NCBI GenBank assembly: GCA_021839985.1
Contig: JAKBZO010000001.1
Coordinates: 676 to 64,675 of the forward strand
From: a bacterium
GTDB taxonomy: Bacteria; Patescibacteriota; Minisyncoccia; Phycocordibacterales; SBAW01
DNA length: 64,000 nt
Reading direction: 5' to 3'
Below the pieces are notes generated by a model. That model searched no databases. It saw only the letters and a program-made list of their open reading frames with translations, and was not told the DNA's origin. Below are positions 37,061-47,515 of this stretch, piece after piece. The first letter of the stretch is position 1. Each line of letters opens with the position of its first letter. The translations under genes were made by a program, and so were the position numbers.

Positions 37061-38335
37061 ATGAAGGAACACATAAAAAAGATCCTGCGCGTACTCCTTC
37101 CTCGTTCGCTCTATAAAAAACTCCTCGGCGCATACCACCTCGCGCTCGCCTATCTCGGCGCGCTTATCTATCGCTTCCCTTCCCGCAAGCTCACCGTGAT
37201 CGCGGTGACCGGCACCAAAGGCAAGTCGTCGACCGCGGAGCTCATCTACGCGATACTCATGGAGGCCGGGCACAAAACCGCGCTCGCTGGAACGATCCGT
37301 TTTTGCGTCGGAGATGACTGCCAGCCGAACCTCTACAAAATGACGATGGTCGGGCGCTTCTTCTTGCAGCGTTTTTTGCGCAGAGCCGTGAATGCTGGTT
37401 GCACGCACGCCGTGGTCGAGATGACCTCTGAAGGCGCGCTGCAGTACCGACACAAGGGCGTCGACCTTGATGCGCTCGTCTTCACCAATATCGCTCCAGA
37501 GCATCTTGAGCGCCACGGCGGTATGGAGCAGTACGTTGCCGCAAAACTCTCGCTTGCAGATCACCTCTCACGCTCGCCGAAGCGCCCGCGTATCATGGTC
37601 GCGAATGCCGACGATGACTACGGCGAGCGATTTCTCGCCACCACGGCCGACATCCGCGTGCCATTCTTTTTGCGCGACGCAGAGCCCTACACGGCGAACG
37701 ATCGCGGCATCGACTTTATGTGGCGCGGCGAGCACTTCCACTCCCCACTTCCAGGCGAGTTCAATCTCAAGAATATTCTCGCGGCGCTCACGCTCTGCGA
37801 CGCGCTCGGCCTTCCCCGCGACGCGCTCGCGCGCGCGGTCGCGAAACTCTCGTCGATCGCCGGCCGCGGAGAACGCGTCGAATGCGGACAAGATTTTTCG
37901 GTCATCATCGATTATGCGCACACGCCTGACTCTCTGAAAGAGCTTTACGATGCTTTCGATATGGTCGCGGGCAAACGCATCTGCGTGCTCGGTTCAACCG
38001 GCGGCGGGCGCGACACCTGGAAGCGTCCGGCGATGGGCAAGGTCGCCGACCAGCACTGCGATATCGCGATCCTCACCGACGAAGATCCGTATGACGAGAG
38101 CCCGCAGCAGATCGTGAATGCGATCGCACAAGGATTCACGCGCACCCGACCGCAGGTCATTCTTGCCCGCCGCGACGCGATCCGTGCCGCGCTCTCGCAA
38201 GCGCGCGAGGGCGATGCCGTACTCATTTCCGGCAAAGGCACCGACCCTTACATCATGCGAGCGCGCGGCGCGCGCGAACCATGGAGCGATAAAAAAGTCG
38301 CCGAAGAAGAGCTGTGCAAGATCGTCGGCAAGTAG
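37061..38335 (+). CDS. murE: MurE-family UDP-MurNAc-dipeptide ligase
   Basis: VTGTKGKSST, EMTSE, FTNIAPEHL, DYAHTPDSL, GGGRD..KRP, GKG. Confidence 0.9.
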   Translation: MKEHIKKILRVLLPRSLYKKLLGAYHLALAYLGALIYRFPSRKLTVIAVTGTKGKSSTAELIYAILMEAGHKTALAGTIRFCVGDDCQPNLYKMTMVGRFFLQRFLRRAVNAGCTHAVVEMTSEGALQYRHKGVDLDALVFTNIAPEHLERHGGMEQYVAAKLSLADHLSRSPKRPRIMVANADDDYGERFLATTADIRVPFFLRDAEPYTANDRGIDFMWRGEHFHSPLPGEFNLKNILAALTLCDALGLPRDALARAVAKLSSIAGRGERVECGQDFSVIIDYAHTPDSLKELYDAFDMVAGKRICVLGSTGGGRDTWKRPAMGKVADQHCDIAILTDEDPYDESPQQIVNAIAQGFTRTRPQVILARRDAIRAALSQAREGDAVLISGKGTDPYIMRARGAREPWSDKKVAEEELCKIVGK

Positions 38336-38389
38336 CGGGGCGGTCCACCACTACTTACTAGCTTCTTTTAACTGGTCTATACTATCTTC

Positions 38390-39316
38390 ATGGCAGAAGA
38401 AAAAAAGAAGGAAGGGGGTGGAGGCAGCGCAGGAGGAGACATGATCGTCTTTCTCGGCCTTATTGGTCTTCTGGTGCTTTTCTGGTTCGCCAACGGCGGG
38501 AAGGTCTCGATCAAGAACATGGCGGGGCAGCATTTCACGGTGCAGTCACCGCTCTCAAGCACTACACCGCGCAATTGGCTTCCCTTCCTTACCCCGACAT
38601 CGCAAGGAGGAAGGGGGGTCGGGTCTGCAGGCGCCGGTTCGTCACAAACTACAGGTAACACGAGCGGAGAACTCATAAGCATCTCTGCCGACGGCGTGCA
38701 CGCAAGTGATCCATCGCAAGAATACATCACACTCTATGCCAGCGGAACCAACATCAGTCCGATCATGATCAGCGGCATGCAGCTCCATAGCGCACGGACC
38801 GGCAATTCGGTGACGATCGGCGAGGGCACGACCTACGCACAGACCGGCCAAGCAGCGAGCCAAGGTCCGATCTCTCTTGCCCCCGGACAAAGCGCGATCA
38901 TTACGACCGGACGCTCGCCGATCGGCGTCTCGTTCCGAGAAAATAAATGCTCGGCGTATCTTGCGCAGTTCCAAACATTCACTCCGTCGCTCTCGCAGAA
39001 TTGTCCACTGCCGCAGCAAGAGCTCGCATCACAGCCATCGCTTGCGGGAAACTCTCAGTGTTCGTATGCCGTCTCTCAGATCGCGCCATGCCAAAGCGTT
39101 ATATCAGTACCGAACGCTCCTGCCGGCTGTTCGCAGTTCATCACACAGCGCTTCACCTACAACGGCTGCGTTTCCGCACACCAGTCCGACTCCAACTTCC
39201 TCAGCTCGCAGTGGCGCGTTTATCTCGGCCTGTCGCAGGAACTTTGGAACAACGCCGGAGACTCGATCATTCTCACCGACTCTTCAGGCAAAGTGATCAC
39301 GGGAGTGAATTATTAG
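38390..39316 (+). CDS. Membrane-anchored Cys-rich extracellular protein, lamin-tail-like
   Basis: TM; EYITL, WNNAGDSIILTDSSGKVI; multiple Cys. Confidence 0.6.
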   Translation: MAEEKKKEGGGGSAGGDMIVFLGLIGLLVLFWFANGGKVSIKNMAGQHFTVQSPLSSTTPRNWLPFLTPTSQGGRGVGSAGAGSSQTTGNTSGELISISADGVHASDPSQEYITLYASGTNISPIMISGMQLHSARTGNSVTIGEGTTYAQTGQAASQGPISLAPGQSAIITTGRSPIGVSFRENKCSAYLAQFQTFTPSLSQNCPLPQQELASQPSLAGNSQCSYAVSQIAPCQSVISVPNAPAGCSQFITQRFTYNGCVSAHQSDSNFLSSQWRVYLGLSQELWNNAGDSIILTDSSGKVITGVNY

Positions 39317-39334
39317 ATAGATCAACAAAACACC

Positions 39335-39736
39335 ATGCATCCACTGGCTGACCTTCCTCAATTGTTCTCGTATACATTCTTTGTGCCGACGCTTCTGCGC
39401 GTGGCAGCCGCATTCGTGTTCGGAGGCATCGCAAAAACTCAGTGGCGCGCTCGCGCGGAGAATCATGCCTTGCTTGCGCCACTTCTCGGTACGCTCTCGC
39501 GCTCAGCACTGACGCTGCTTGTTACCGTTGAATATGCTGTTGCGATCGCCCTGCTGGTCGGCTGGCACACGCAGATCGCCGCGATCGTTGGCGCGATCCT
39601 CGTGCTGAAATACCTTTTCGTGCGACCGCACTCCCTCTCGCCGCTTAGCTCAACCGCCAAATGGCTCTTGCTCGTGATCTGCCTCTCGCTCATTGCCCTT
39701 GGTGGAGGTGCCCTTGCGCTTGATATTCATTTATAG
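39335..39736 (+). CDS. DoxX-family membrane protein
   Basis: LLRV, VE...LLVGWHTQIAA, GGGALALD. Confidence 0.75.
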   Translation: MHPLADLPQLFSYTFFVPTLLRVAAAFVFGGIAKTQWRARAENHALLAPLLGTLSRSALTLLVTVEYAVAIALLVGWHTQIAAIVGAILVLKYLFVRPHSLSPLSSTAKWLLLVICLSLIALGGGALALDIHL

Positions 39737-39779
39737 AATAAAAGTTCGAAGCGGGGCGCTTCGAACTTCTTTGTTTTTG

Positions 39780-39852
39780 TCCGCCCAGTAGGATTCGAAC
39801 CTACGACCGTCTCCTTAAAAGGGAGCTGCTCTACCGACTGAGCTATGGGCGG
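39780..39852 (-). tRNA. tRNA-Lys(TTT)
   Basis: Loop ctTTTaa; cloverleaf. Confidence 0.94.
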
Positions 39853-39911
39853 AAACTAAAACTTACACTTTCAGACAATACCAGATGAAAGTTTGAGTGT
39901 CGAGATGACAC

Positions 39912-40604
39912 TCACATCCCCAGTGCAAATTTTTCAAGAAGAAGTGCGAGATCACCGGCGCCGCGGTGGGAGTCGTGATACATGGTCACGAGCGAAAGCG
40001 AGAGGGCATGGTAGCGCGCACGCTCGGTGGGCGTGCGCGCCCCCGCGAGCATCGTGCGCGCTTTCCACGCCAAGATGCCGGCGATATTCTCCGGCGCGAT
40101 CCCTTGCGCAAGCGCTTGCATAAGGAGCAGCCACATCTTTTTCTTGTCGGCTTGCGCCATGACATCGGCGAGCGCGAACACATTGAACGCTTCTTTCTTC
40201 TCTGCTTTTTCAAATGAGGCGACGTTCGCTCCAGCCTTCGTCAGTTTCGCTATCTTGCTCGCGAGCATCTTCTCTTCTTCAACAATGAATATGTGCGGCG
40301 ACTCGACCAGCCCTTGCGCGACATCAAGAAGATCGGTGCTTTCTTCTTGATCTTTGATCTTTGATCCTTGATCCTCCTCCCTCTCCTCCTCTTCACCACC
40401 AGAAGAGACTTTCGACGAACCAAATACGCCACGCAACAGATACGCCTGCGCACCGCCCCAGAGAGCCGGCGTGCCCGCAAGCGCGGCGAGCTCGCCCACA
40501 CTGGCGCGATCAGCCTCAAGTTCTTCGAGCGCGACCTTGCCCGCCACCTTGTGGCGCGCCGTGAGTCGTTCGTCTGATGTTCCGCCGATGATGACCGTAA
40601 GCAT
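39912..40604 (-). CDS. Short DNA polymerase III delta-like protein
   Basis: FNVFALAD, PENIAGILAW, LEKF pattern; downstream of polA. Confidence 0.6.
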   Translation of the reverse strand: MLTVIIGGTSDERLTARHKVAGKVALEELEADRASVGELAALAGTPALWGGAQAYLLRGVFGSSKVSSGGEEEEREEDQGSKIKDQEESTDLLDVAQGLVESPHIFIVEEEKMLASKIAKLTKAGANVASFEKAEKKEAFNVFALADVMAQADKKKMWLLLMQALAQGIAPENIAGILAWKARTMLAGARTPTERARYHALSLSLVTMYHDSHRGAGDLALLLEKFALGM

Positions 40605-40624
40605 TGGTTCCTACTTTATGAACT

Positions 40625-43021
40625 TTATAAACTTTCCAACTCGCTCATTTCGCCCCAGTTCTTGCCCACCTTCCCATTCGCCACGATCGGCACGCCGCGC
40701 CGCCTTTCCTCCGGCACGACACCTTCCATGATCGCGAGGATCTTGGGCGCCAGCGTATGCACCATACCTTCATGGATCTCGAAGAGAAGTTCGTCGTGAA
40801 CTTGCAGCAGCATGTACGCACTTTCGCGCACGCCTTCGATCTCGAAAAGTTCGTCGATGCGGATCATCGCGAGCTTGATGATGTCTGCCTGCGTTCCTTG
40901 AAGCGGCGCGTTGACCGCCATGCGCTCCGCCGCCGCGCGCACATATTGGATCGGCGAGCGAATGCCTTCGAAGTAGCGGCGACGGCCGAACATGGTCGTC
41001 GTGTAGCCGACGCGCGCCGCATCCGCCTTCGTCTCTTCTATATACTGCGCCAGCCGCGGGAACGCATTGAAGTAATGATCATAGAATTCCTGCGCTTCTT
41101 TGCGCGACGTGCCGAGTCCTTCACGCAGTGCGTTGATGCCCATGCCGTAGAGAATGCCGAAGTTGATGACCTTCGCGCGGCGGCGCTGTTCATGCGTCAC
41201 CTCCGACGGGTCGACGCCGAAGATGCGCGACGCCACCGCCGCATGCACGTCGCCGCCCTCTTTGAAGATACCGCTAAGCGTCTCATCGCCGGAGAGTATC
41301 GCCGCGAGGCGCAGCTCGATCTGCGAGTAGTCGAACGACACGAGCGTGAAGCCCTCCGTGGCGGTGAACGCGCCGCGGATCACGCGGCCGAGATCGCTCT
41401 TGATCGGAATGTTCTGGAGATTCGGTTCCTGCGACGCGAGACGTCCGGTCGTCGTGCCGGCCTGCACGAAGGTCGTGTGCAAACGATCGTGTTCATCAAG
41501 CAGCGTCGGAATGTTGTCGATGTAGGTCGAGAGAAGTTTTTGAAGCTCCCGATACGCGAGCACTTCCAGAATGATCGGGTGGAGGTCGCGCATCTTTTCC
41601 AATTCCGACTCGCGGGTGGAGCGGGCGCCGCCGGTCGTCTTCTTGAGATTCTTTGCGGTGAGACCGAGCGCATCGAACAAAACTTCGCCAAGCTGGCGCG
41701 GCGAATTGATATTGAACTCCGAGCCCGCATATCCGTAAATGCGCCTTGCGATGCCATCAAGTCTTTTGTGATAGTCGGCGCTGAGCTTCGCCAAGAACGC
41801 GCGATCGACCAGCATGCCGCGTTCCTCCATGCGCCGCAGCACAGGCATGACCGGCAGCTCGATATGCTCGTACACGAATAACAGATCGTTCTGCGCGATC
41901 TTTGCGAGAAGGTTCTTCTTTGCGACGGCAAAATTCTTCGAACCGCCGGCGCGATAGATATCGTCGAGCGTCGGCTGCGTGACGCTCGAATCAAGGACCC
42001 ACACCGCAAGCGCGGCCTTGTGCCGATCTTCATCGGAGATCGCTTCGGCCTCCTGTTCTTCTTCTTTGAGTTCCGCCGCCGCTGTCTCTTCGCCGCCGAA
42101 CACCGCTTTGATGCGCGGTATGAGTGAGCGAAAATCCAGCTCACCGGCAAGCGCCACCATGCGATCCCTGTTCGCGGCGGTCTTCCAGCCCTCCTTCGGA
42201 AGAGCGAAGTCGATCGGCACATCGCGGCGGATGTCCGCGAGCATCTTCGAGAAGCGCGCTTCTTCTTCCTGCTCCTTTAATTTTTCGATCATGCCCGCTT
42301 TGATACCGACATCGAGCAGTTTCTGCTGATCTTTCTTCAGAACCTTATACAAATTATCGATCGTGCCGAACTCTGCAATGAGCGCGGTTGCCGTCTTCTC
42401 GCCCACACCCGCGACGCCCGGAATGTTGTCGGACGGATCGCCGCGCAAACCCTTGTAGTCGGCGATGAGCTCGGGCGCAAAACCGTAGCGCTCCTTGACC
42501 GCCTTCTCGTCGTAGAGGATCGTGTCGTTGATTCCCTTCTTGAGCGTGTAGACCTTCACGCGTGCATCGTCGATGAGCTGCATCGTGTCCATGTCGCCGG
42601 AAGCGATGATGATCTCCAGACCTTTCTCTTTCTTGAGTTTTTCGACGATCGTGCCGATGACATCGTCGGCTTCGAAGCCTTCGTGCTGATAGGCCGGGAC
42701 GCCGAATGCCGCGATGACGTCGCGCGAGCGGATGATCTGCGCCACGAGATCGTCCTCAGCTTTTTTGCGCCCGGCTTTGTATCCTTCGAACGCCGCATGA
42801 CGATAGGTCGGCTTCGGAAGATCGAAGGTCGCGACAACATAGTCGGGCTTGAGGTCGCCAAGAATACGCACGAGCATGGAGGTGAGCCCGTAAAGCGCGC
42901 CGGTCGGTTCGCCCTTGCTCGAGGCAAAATCAGGCAGCGCATGGTACGCGCGATGCAGGATCGCATGCGTATCGAGGATCACTAGGCGCTTTTTCTCCTT
43001 TGCTGCCATTCGTCTCATCAT
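40625..43021 (-). CDS. polA: DNA polymerase I
   Basis: 5'-3' exonuclease (HRAYHA, EADD, GDPSDNIPGV) plus polymerase (TGRLAS..PNLQNIP, DYSQIELR, QVHDEL). Confidence 0.96.
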   Translation of the reverse strand: MMRRMAAKEKKRLVILDTHAILHRAYHALPDFASSKGEPTGALYGLTSMLVRILGDLKPDYVVATFDLPKPTYRHAAFEGYKAGRKKAEDDLVAQIIRSRDVIAAFGVPAYQHEGFEADDVIGTIVEKLKKEKGLEIIIASGDMDTMQLIDDARVKVYTLKKGINDTILYDEKAVKERYGFAPELIADYKGLRGDPSDNIPGVAGVGEKTATALIAEFGTIDNLYKVLKKDQQKLLDVGIKAGMIEKLKEQEEEARFSKMLADIRRDVPIDFALPKEGWKTAANRDRMVALAGELDFRSLIPRIKAVFGGEETAAAELKEEEQEAEAISDEDRHKAALAVWVLDSSVTQPTLDDIYRAGGSKNFAVAKKNLLAKIAQNDLLFVYEHIELPVMPVLRRMEERGMLVDRAFLAKLSADYHKRLDGIARRIYGYAGSEFNINSPRQLGEVLFDALGLTAKNLKKTTGGARSTRESELEKMRDLHPIILEVLAYRELQKLLSTYIDNIPTLLDEHDRLHTTFVQAGTTTGRLASQEPNLQNIPIKSDLGRVIRGAFTATEGFTLVSFDYSQIELRLAAILSGDETLSGIFKEGGDVHAAVASRIFGVDPSEVTHEQRRRAKVINFGILYGMGINALREGLGTSRKEAQEFYDHYFNAFPRLAQYIEETKADAARVGYTTTMFGRRRYFEGIRSPIQYVRAAAERMAVNAPLQGTQADIIKLAMIRIDELFEIEGVRESAYMLLQVHDELLFEIHEGMVHTLAPKILAIMEGVVPEERRRGVPIVANGKVGKNWGEMSELESL

Positions 43022-43115
43022 ATCATGTTCGTTCGTTGAAGCTTGACTGGGCGGCTCGCTGTGTGGTATATCTCAACTTAGAATCGTCCCTAACACCCAC
43101 AAAGGAGGGAGCCTC

Positions 43116-43526
43116 ATGGCTGATCACAAAGTCTCTGCACGCGTCAAAAAGGATATTGCTGCTTGCACCGATCCGGCTGTCGCCTATCGGAAGTTCAACG
43201 AAGTCCCGAGCGGCCACGAAGAGGAGGAGCGGCTCCGATACGTCCGTTGGATCGAGTTGATGGACATCGACGCAAGGACGAATGCCGCTTCTTGCACCGA
43301 CGTCGCGATCGCTCGCCAAAAGTACAAGGAGTCGCTGAGTGGGTCCGAAGCGGAACGGATCTGGTACGCGCGCTGGGTCGAACTGGCGGACGCTGACGCG
43401 AAAGCGAACGCCGCTTCTTGCACCGACGTTGCGGTCACTCGCCAGAAATGCCGCGAGGCACCGAAGGATGGCATAGCCAAGCCGACCTGGGAATTGCGGT
43501 GGGCCGAACTCATCTATTCGGCATGA
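43116..43526 (+). CDS. Hypothetical protein with three ~40-aa tandem repeats
   Basis: Repeat A-x-CTD...R-W-x-EL; SD AAGGAGG and upstream TTGACT. Confidence 0.7.
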   Translation: MADHKVSARVKKDIAACTDPAVAYRKFNEVPSGHEEEERLRYVRWIELMDIDARTNAASCTDVAIARQKYKESLSGSEAERIWYARWVELADADAKANAASCTDVAVTRQKCREAPKDGIAKPTWELRWAELIYSA

Positions 43527-43706
43527 TCGTTGTTCGACCCTAGACCATAGCCCACTGCATATTGCGGTGGGCTAATTCTTTGCCAGCGCACCTGTAAGCA
43601 CTGCGCCCGCGCTGAACAGCTTGACGCAGCAGCTTTGATGTGCTAGTCTGCATCCAGCGAAAGTCCTTCGGGCGCAAGCCCATAACTTTATAGTGAGGTG
43701 CAGACT

Positions 43707-44150
43707 ATGTTTCCTACCACAACCAATCCCGGCGATGCTTTCATCATGATCGGCGGCGGAATCATACTCACGATCGGTGTCATGATGTTCTCCTCCCAAA
43801 TGGCGCTTTGGCAGAGACTCCTGAAGAGTGCCGTGGCGATCGCGGGGAGCTGCTTACTGTTCCTGCCGACCTTAACCGCCGCGACAAAAACGGTGAGCGC
43901 CGCAACCAATACCGTTCAGACACTGGTTTCGGTTTCCACGCTGGAACAAGGCGTCCCCTACGAGACGGTCTGCTCGGCAACTTGGAACGGCGTCGTCTAC
44001 ACGGTCGCCGATCCTGGCAGGATCGGCCTTCCGGTCGTCATGACCACGTCCTTGAGTAAGCAACCTCCGCCGTTCTTCATGCTCGACAACAAGAACCAGG
44101 TGGTGCCTCTCGCTCTCTCGTTACCTGTCGGCCCCGAGTCGGGTCGGTGA
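43707..44150 (+). CDS. Hypothetical membrane protein
   Basis: Two TM segments; SD GAGGTG; upstream TTGACG-17-TAGTCT. Confidence 0.55.
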   Translation: MFPTTTNPGDAFIMIGGGIILTIGVMMFSSQMALWQRLLKSAVAIAGSCLLFLPTLTAATKTVSAATNTVQTLVSVSTLEQGVPYETVCSATWNGVVYTVADPGRIGLPVVMTTSLSKQPPPFFMLDNKNQVVPLALSLPVGPESGR

Positions 44151-44196
44151 CAGCACAGCAGATGTGCGAAACCGCAGGCATGCCTGCGGTTTTTTC

Positions 44197-44628
44197 TTAT
44201 TCAAAAATAACTTCGCGCTCATTCTCCTTTTCACCGTGCGCGAAGGTAAGCGCGATGTCGGGTTTGGGCAGCGCCCCTTCCACCCGCTCCGGCCACTCAA
44301 CACACACGATCACCCCCGGGTCCTGCAAAAATTCCTCCGGATGAAGCGCCGCGAACTGCGCCGCGCCGTCGAGACGATACGCGTCGATATGCACGAAGCT
44401 CATGAACTCGCCGAATTCGATCGGATATTTTTTCATCAGCGTGAACGTTGGACTTTTGATCGGCACTCCCGCGCCAAGCTCGCGCGCGAGCGCCTGCACG
44501 AAGGTCGTCTTCCCCGCGCCAAGCTCGCCGCGGAGCGTGACGAGAAACGCCATGCCGTCTTTTTTCACGGCGATGCGCGACGCGACATCGTGCGCAAAAC
44601 TCTGCAATTGGTCGAGTGCAATCTTCAT
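44197..44628 (-). CDS. tsaE: t6A biosynthesis ATPase TsaE
   Basis: LRGELGAGKTTF, SPTFTL, HIDAYRL, VEWPE. Confidence 0.95.
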   Translation of the reverse strand: MKIALDQLQSFAHDVASRIAVKKDGMAFLVTLRGELGAGKTTFVQALARELGAGVPIKSPTFTLMKKYPIEFGEFMSFVHIDAYRLDGAAQFAALHPEEFLQDPGVIVCVEWPERVEGALPKPDIALTFAHGEKENEREVIFE

Positions 44629-44700
44629 ACGCTTACTATAGCAGCGAGTTGTTCCGGTTTAAAGCTAGAAGCTGCAAGCCAAAAGCGGTAAGCTGTAGAT

Positions 44701-46383
44701 ATGCCGCAATTCGCCGATAGCGAAGAACTCAAGCGCCTGCAAGTACTACGCGACCGCGAGGCTGAAGAGCTCGCGCTCATTCTCTCGCAGAAGTATGGCG
44801 TCGACTACATCGATCTCTCGCTCGTGCCAACCAACACCGATGCACTGCGCCTCATTCCGGAGGAAGAAGCGCGCGACGCGAAGATCGCCGCATATGGCCG
44901 CGTCGGCAAACGCATCTCGGTCGCCGCGCATGAGCCGGAGAGCGCCAAGACGAAACTCGCGGTGCAAAAACTGCAAGACGCCGGCTACACCGTCACTCTC
45001 TTTATATGTTCTGAAGCCAGCCTCAAGCGCGCGTGGGATCATTATGCCGATCTCTCCTATGCGGTCGAGAGTCATGCCGGCATCTTCGATATCACCGGTG
45101 GCGACTTCGAACTGCTGCTCACGCAAGCAACCAGCACCGCGCGTATCGCAAGTCTCATGTCGGAAGCGATCTCGCTCAACCGCGCCTATCGCGTGACACG
45201 CCTTCTGCAGATCATGCTCGCCGGCGCGCTCACGATCAACGCATCCGACATCCACCTTGAGCCGGAGGAGAAAGCGGTGCGCCTGCGCTACCGCCTCGAC
45301 GGCGTCCTCGTCGACATTCTGCAGATCGATCCTGAAACATTCCATCTCATGCTTTCGCGTCTCAAGCTTCTCTCCGGTCTCAAGCTCAACGTCACGAACG
45401 CCGCGCAGGACGGCCGCTTCAGCATCAAAGTAAGCGACGAAGAGATCGAGATCCGCTCATCCGTGCTGCCCGGTTCCTACGGCGAGACCATGGTGATGCG
45501 CTTGCTCAATCCTAAGTCGATCAAAGTACCGCTTGAAAGCCTCGGCATGGAAGAAAAGTATCGCCTGCGCATCGAACACGAGATCGCAAAACCAAACGGC
45601 ATGATCCTCACGACCGGCCCGACAGGATCAGGCAAAACGACGACGCTCTATGCATTCTTGCGCAAGGTCAATAATCCCGAGTCGAAGATCATCACGATCG
45701 AAGACCCGATCGAATACCACCTCGAAGGCATCGTGCAGACGCAGGTCGAGACGGAGAAAGGCTACACTTTCGCGGCAGGTCTGCGCTCGGCACTGCGCCA
45801 AGACCCCGACATCATCATGGTCGGTGAAATTCGCGACGATGAAGTGGCAACGACCGCGATCAACGCCGCGCTCACGGGACACCTCGTCTTCTCGACACTT
45901 CACACCAACGATGCCGCCGGCGCGTTCCCTCGCCTCATCGATCTTGGTGTCAGTGAAAAGGTCTTGTCGTCATCAATAAACGTCGCGATGGCGCAGCGTC
46001 TCGTGCGCAAACTCTGCCCCGAGTGCCGCGTGCAGCGCCCCGCCACGGTGGATGAGCAGCGGCTGATCGATCGCACGCTCGCTGGCATCGTCGACCGCGC
46101 GCTCATCCCGCAGAATAAAACGCTCGTCTCCGACGCGCGCGAAGGCGGCTGCGAGAAATGCAACGGCCGCGGCTATAAAGGACGCCTCGGCATCTTCGAA
46201 GCGATCTTTATGGACCGCGCGATCGAAGACGTTCTCATCACCAAACCATCAGCGCGCGAGCTCTTCGACGCGGCGCGCCCGCAGGGCATGCCGTCCATGA
46301 CCGAAGACGGCATCCTCAAAGTTCTGCGCGGCATCACCTCGCTCGCCGAGCTCGGCCGCGTGGTCGACCTGCAAGCGCAGTAA
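44701..46383 (+). CDS. pilB: PilB/GspE-family secretion ATPase
   Basis: ASDIHLEP, GPTGSGKTTTL, EDPIEY, LRQDPD, TLHTN, CPEC/CEKC. Confidence 0.9.
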   Translation: MPQFADSEELKRLQVLRDREAEELALILSQKYGVDYIDLSLVPTNTDALRLIPEEEARDAKIAAYGRVGKRISVAAHEPESAKTKLAVQKLQDAGYTVTLFICSEASLKRAWDHYADLSYAVESHAGIFDITGGDFELLLTQATSTARIASLMSEAISLNRAYRVTRLLQIMLAGALTINASDIHLEPEEKAVRLRYRLDGVLVDILQIDPETFHLMLSRLKLLSGLKLNVTNAAQDGRFSIKVSDEEIEIRSSVLPGSYGETMVMRLLNPKSIKVPLESLGMEEKYRLRIEHEIAKPNGMILTTGPTGSGKTTTLYAFLRKVNNPESKIITIEDPIEYHLEGIVQTQVETEKGYTFAAGLRSALRQDPDIIMVGEIRDDEVATTAINAALTGHLVFSTLHTNDAAGAFPRLIDLGVSEKVLSSSINVAMAQRLVRKLCPECRVQRPATVDEQRLIDRTLAGIVDRALIPQNKTLVSDAREGGCEKCNGRGYKGRLGIFEAIFMDRAIEDVLITKPSARELFDAARPQGMPSMTEDGILKVLRGITSLAELGRVVDLQAQ

Positions 46384-46522
46384 GTTCTAGGGTCACCTCA
46401 TGGAGCTCCGCACGCCTCCGCTCCGTTGACTCTCTCTCTTCTTTCCTCTACTGTATGCCGCAGATGTCTCGGTGGCTTCTTTTTTATGAAGCCGAGTTCT
46501 TCACAAACCAAGAGGAAAGATC

Positions 46523-47515
46523 ATGCTCACACTTTGCGGCGAGAAATACGGTTCGGCGTTCTGCGCCACCGGCGCGCGGGGCTTCTATGGCGAAGGATAC
46601 CCATTCCATCGCTATTGGAAACATCTCGGCATGGACTGGCACGGCACCAGCTTTTCGGGCAAGACGCTCACGCTCTTGCCGCGCCGCGGCCAAGAGTTCA
46701 AAGAAGAAGGTAACATGCCTCTTCGGGACGATGGCACCACGCCTAAGGAATTCGCGCCTAAGTGTATCTGGGTCGACTTCATGCGCGGCGAGATGGCGAA
46801 TGCCGTCGGCTTGTCCAACTTCGGAGCGGCGTTCTATCTCCAAAGCGGCGCGTACCACCGTATCACCCGGCCGTTCTTCATATCGTTCATGGCGGTAGCC
46901 GGCGACGTAAGCGGTCGCGAAGCAGAGCTGCGTGATTTTTGCAAGCTGCTCCGGCGGTATTTGCCTTTCCGTGCGTCGGTTGCGCTTCAGATGAACTACG
47001 GCTGTCCCAACAGCGGTCACGATCTCGGTGAATTCAAAGACGAGATCTGCACGCAGACGGAAACCGCCAAGTCGATGCTCGGCATACCGGTCGTCATCAA
47101 CTGCAATGCACTGATGCCGACTTCGATTCTCGTTGAGGTGTCGCGTGTTGCCGACGGCCTATGGGTGGGTAACACAATTCCGTTCTTCGGCACCGACCAG
47201 ATCGATTGGTCGCCGTACGGGAAAGTGTCGCCGATCAGACGACGCGGCATCGCGGCAGATGGAGGTCTTTCGAGCCCGACATGTCTTCCATTGACGATCT
47301 TGAAGGTGTGGGAGCTGCGCGAAAGCGGCGTTTCCATTCCGATCGTTGCCGGCAATGGCATTCGTACCGAAGCAGACATCGACGCATTATCGCTCGCGGA
47401 TGCTGTATTCATCGGTTCGCTTGCTGTGGTGCGACCGCATCACATGCAACGCGTCATCGATCACGCCAATCACATTCACCTGAGGAGCATGCGCAATGGA
47501 TACGACCTGTATTAA
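46523..47515 (+). CDS. Divergent dihydroorotate dehydrogenase (class 1-like)
   Basis: [37 protein letters not shown]; overlaps pyrC. Confidence 0.7.
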   Translation: MLTLCGEKYGSAFCATGARGFYGEGYPFHRYWKHLGMDWHGTSFSGKTLTLLPRRGQEFKEEGNMPLRDDGTTPKEFAPKCIWVDFMRGEMANAVGLSNFGAAFYLQSGAYHRITRPFFISFMAVAGDVSGREAELRDFCKLLRRYLPFRASVALQMNYGCPNSGHDLGEFKDEICTQTETAKSMLGIPVVINCNALMPTSILVEVSRVADGLWVGNTIPFFGTDQIDWSPYGKVSPIRRRGIAADGGLSSPTCLPLTILKVWELRESGVSIPIVAGNGIRTEADIDALSLADAVFIGSLAVVRPHHMQRVIDHANHIHLRSMRNGYDLY

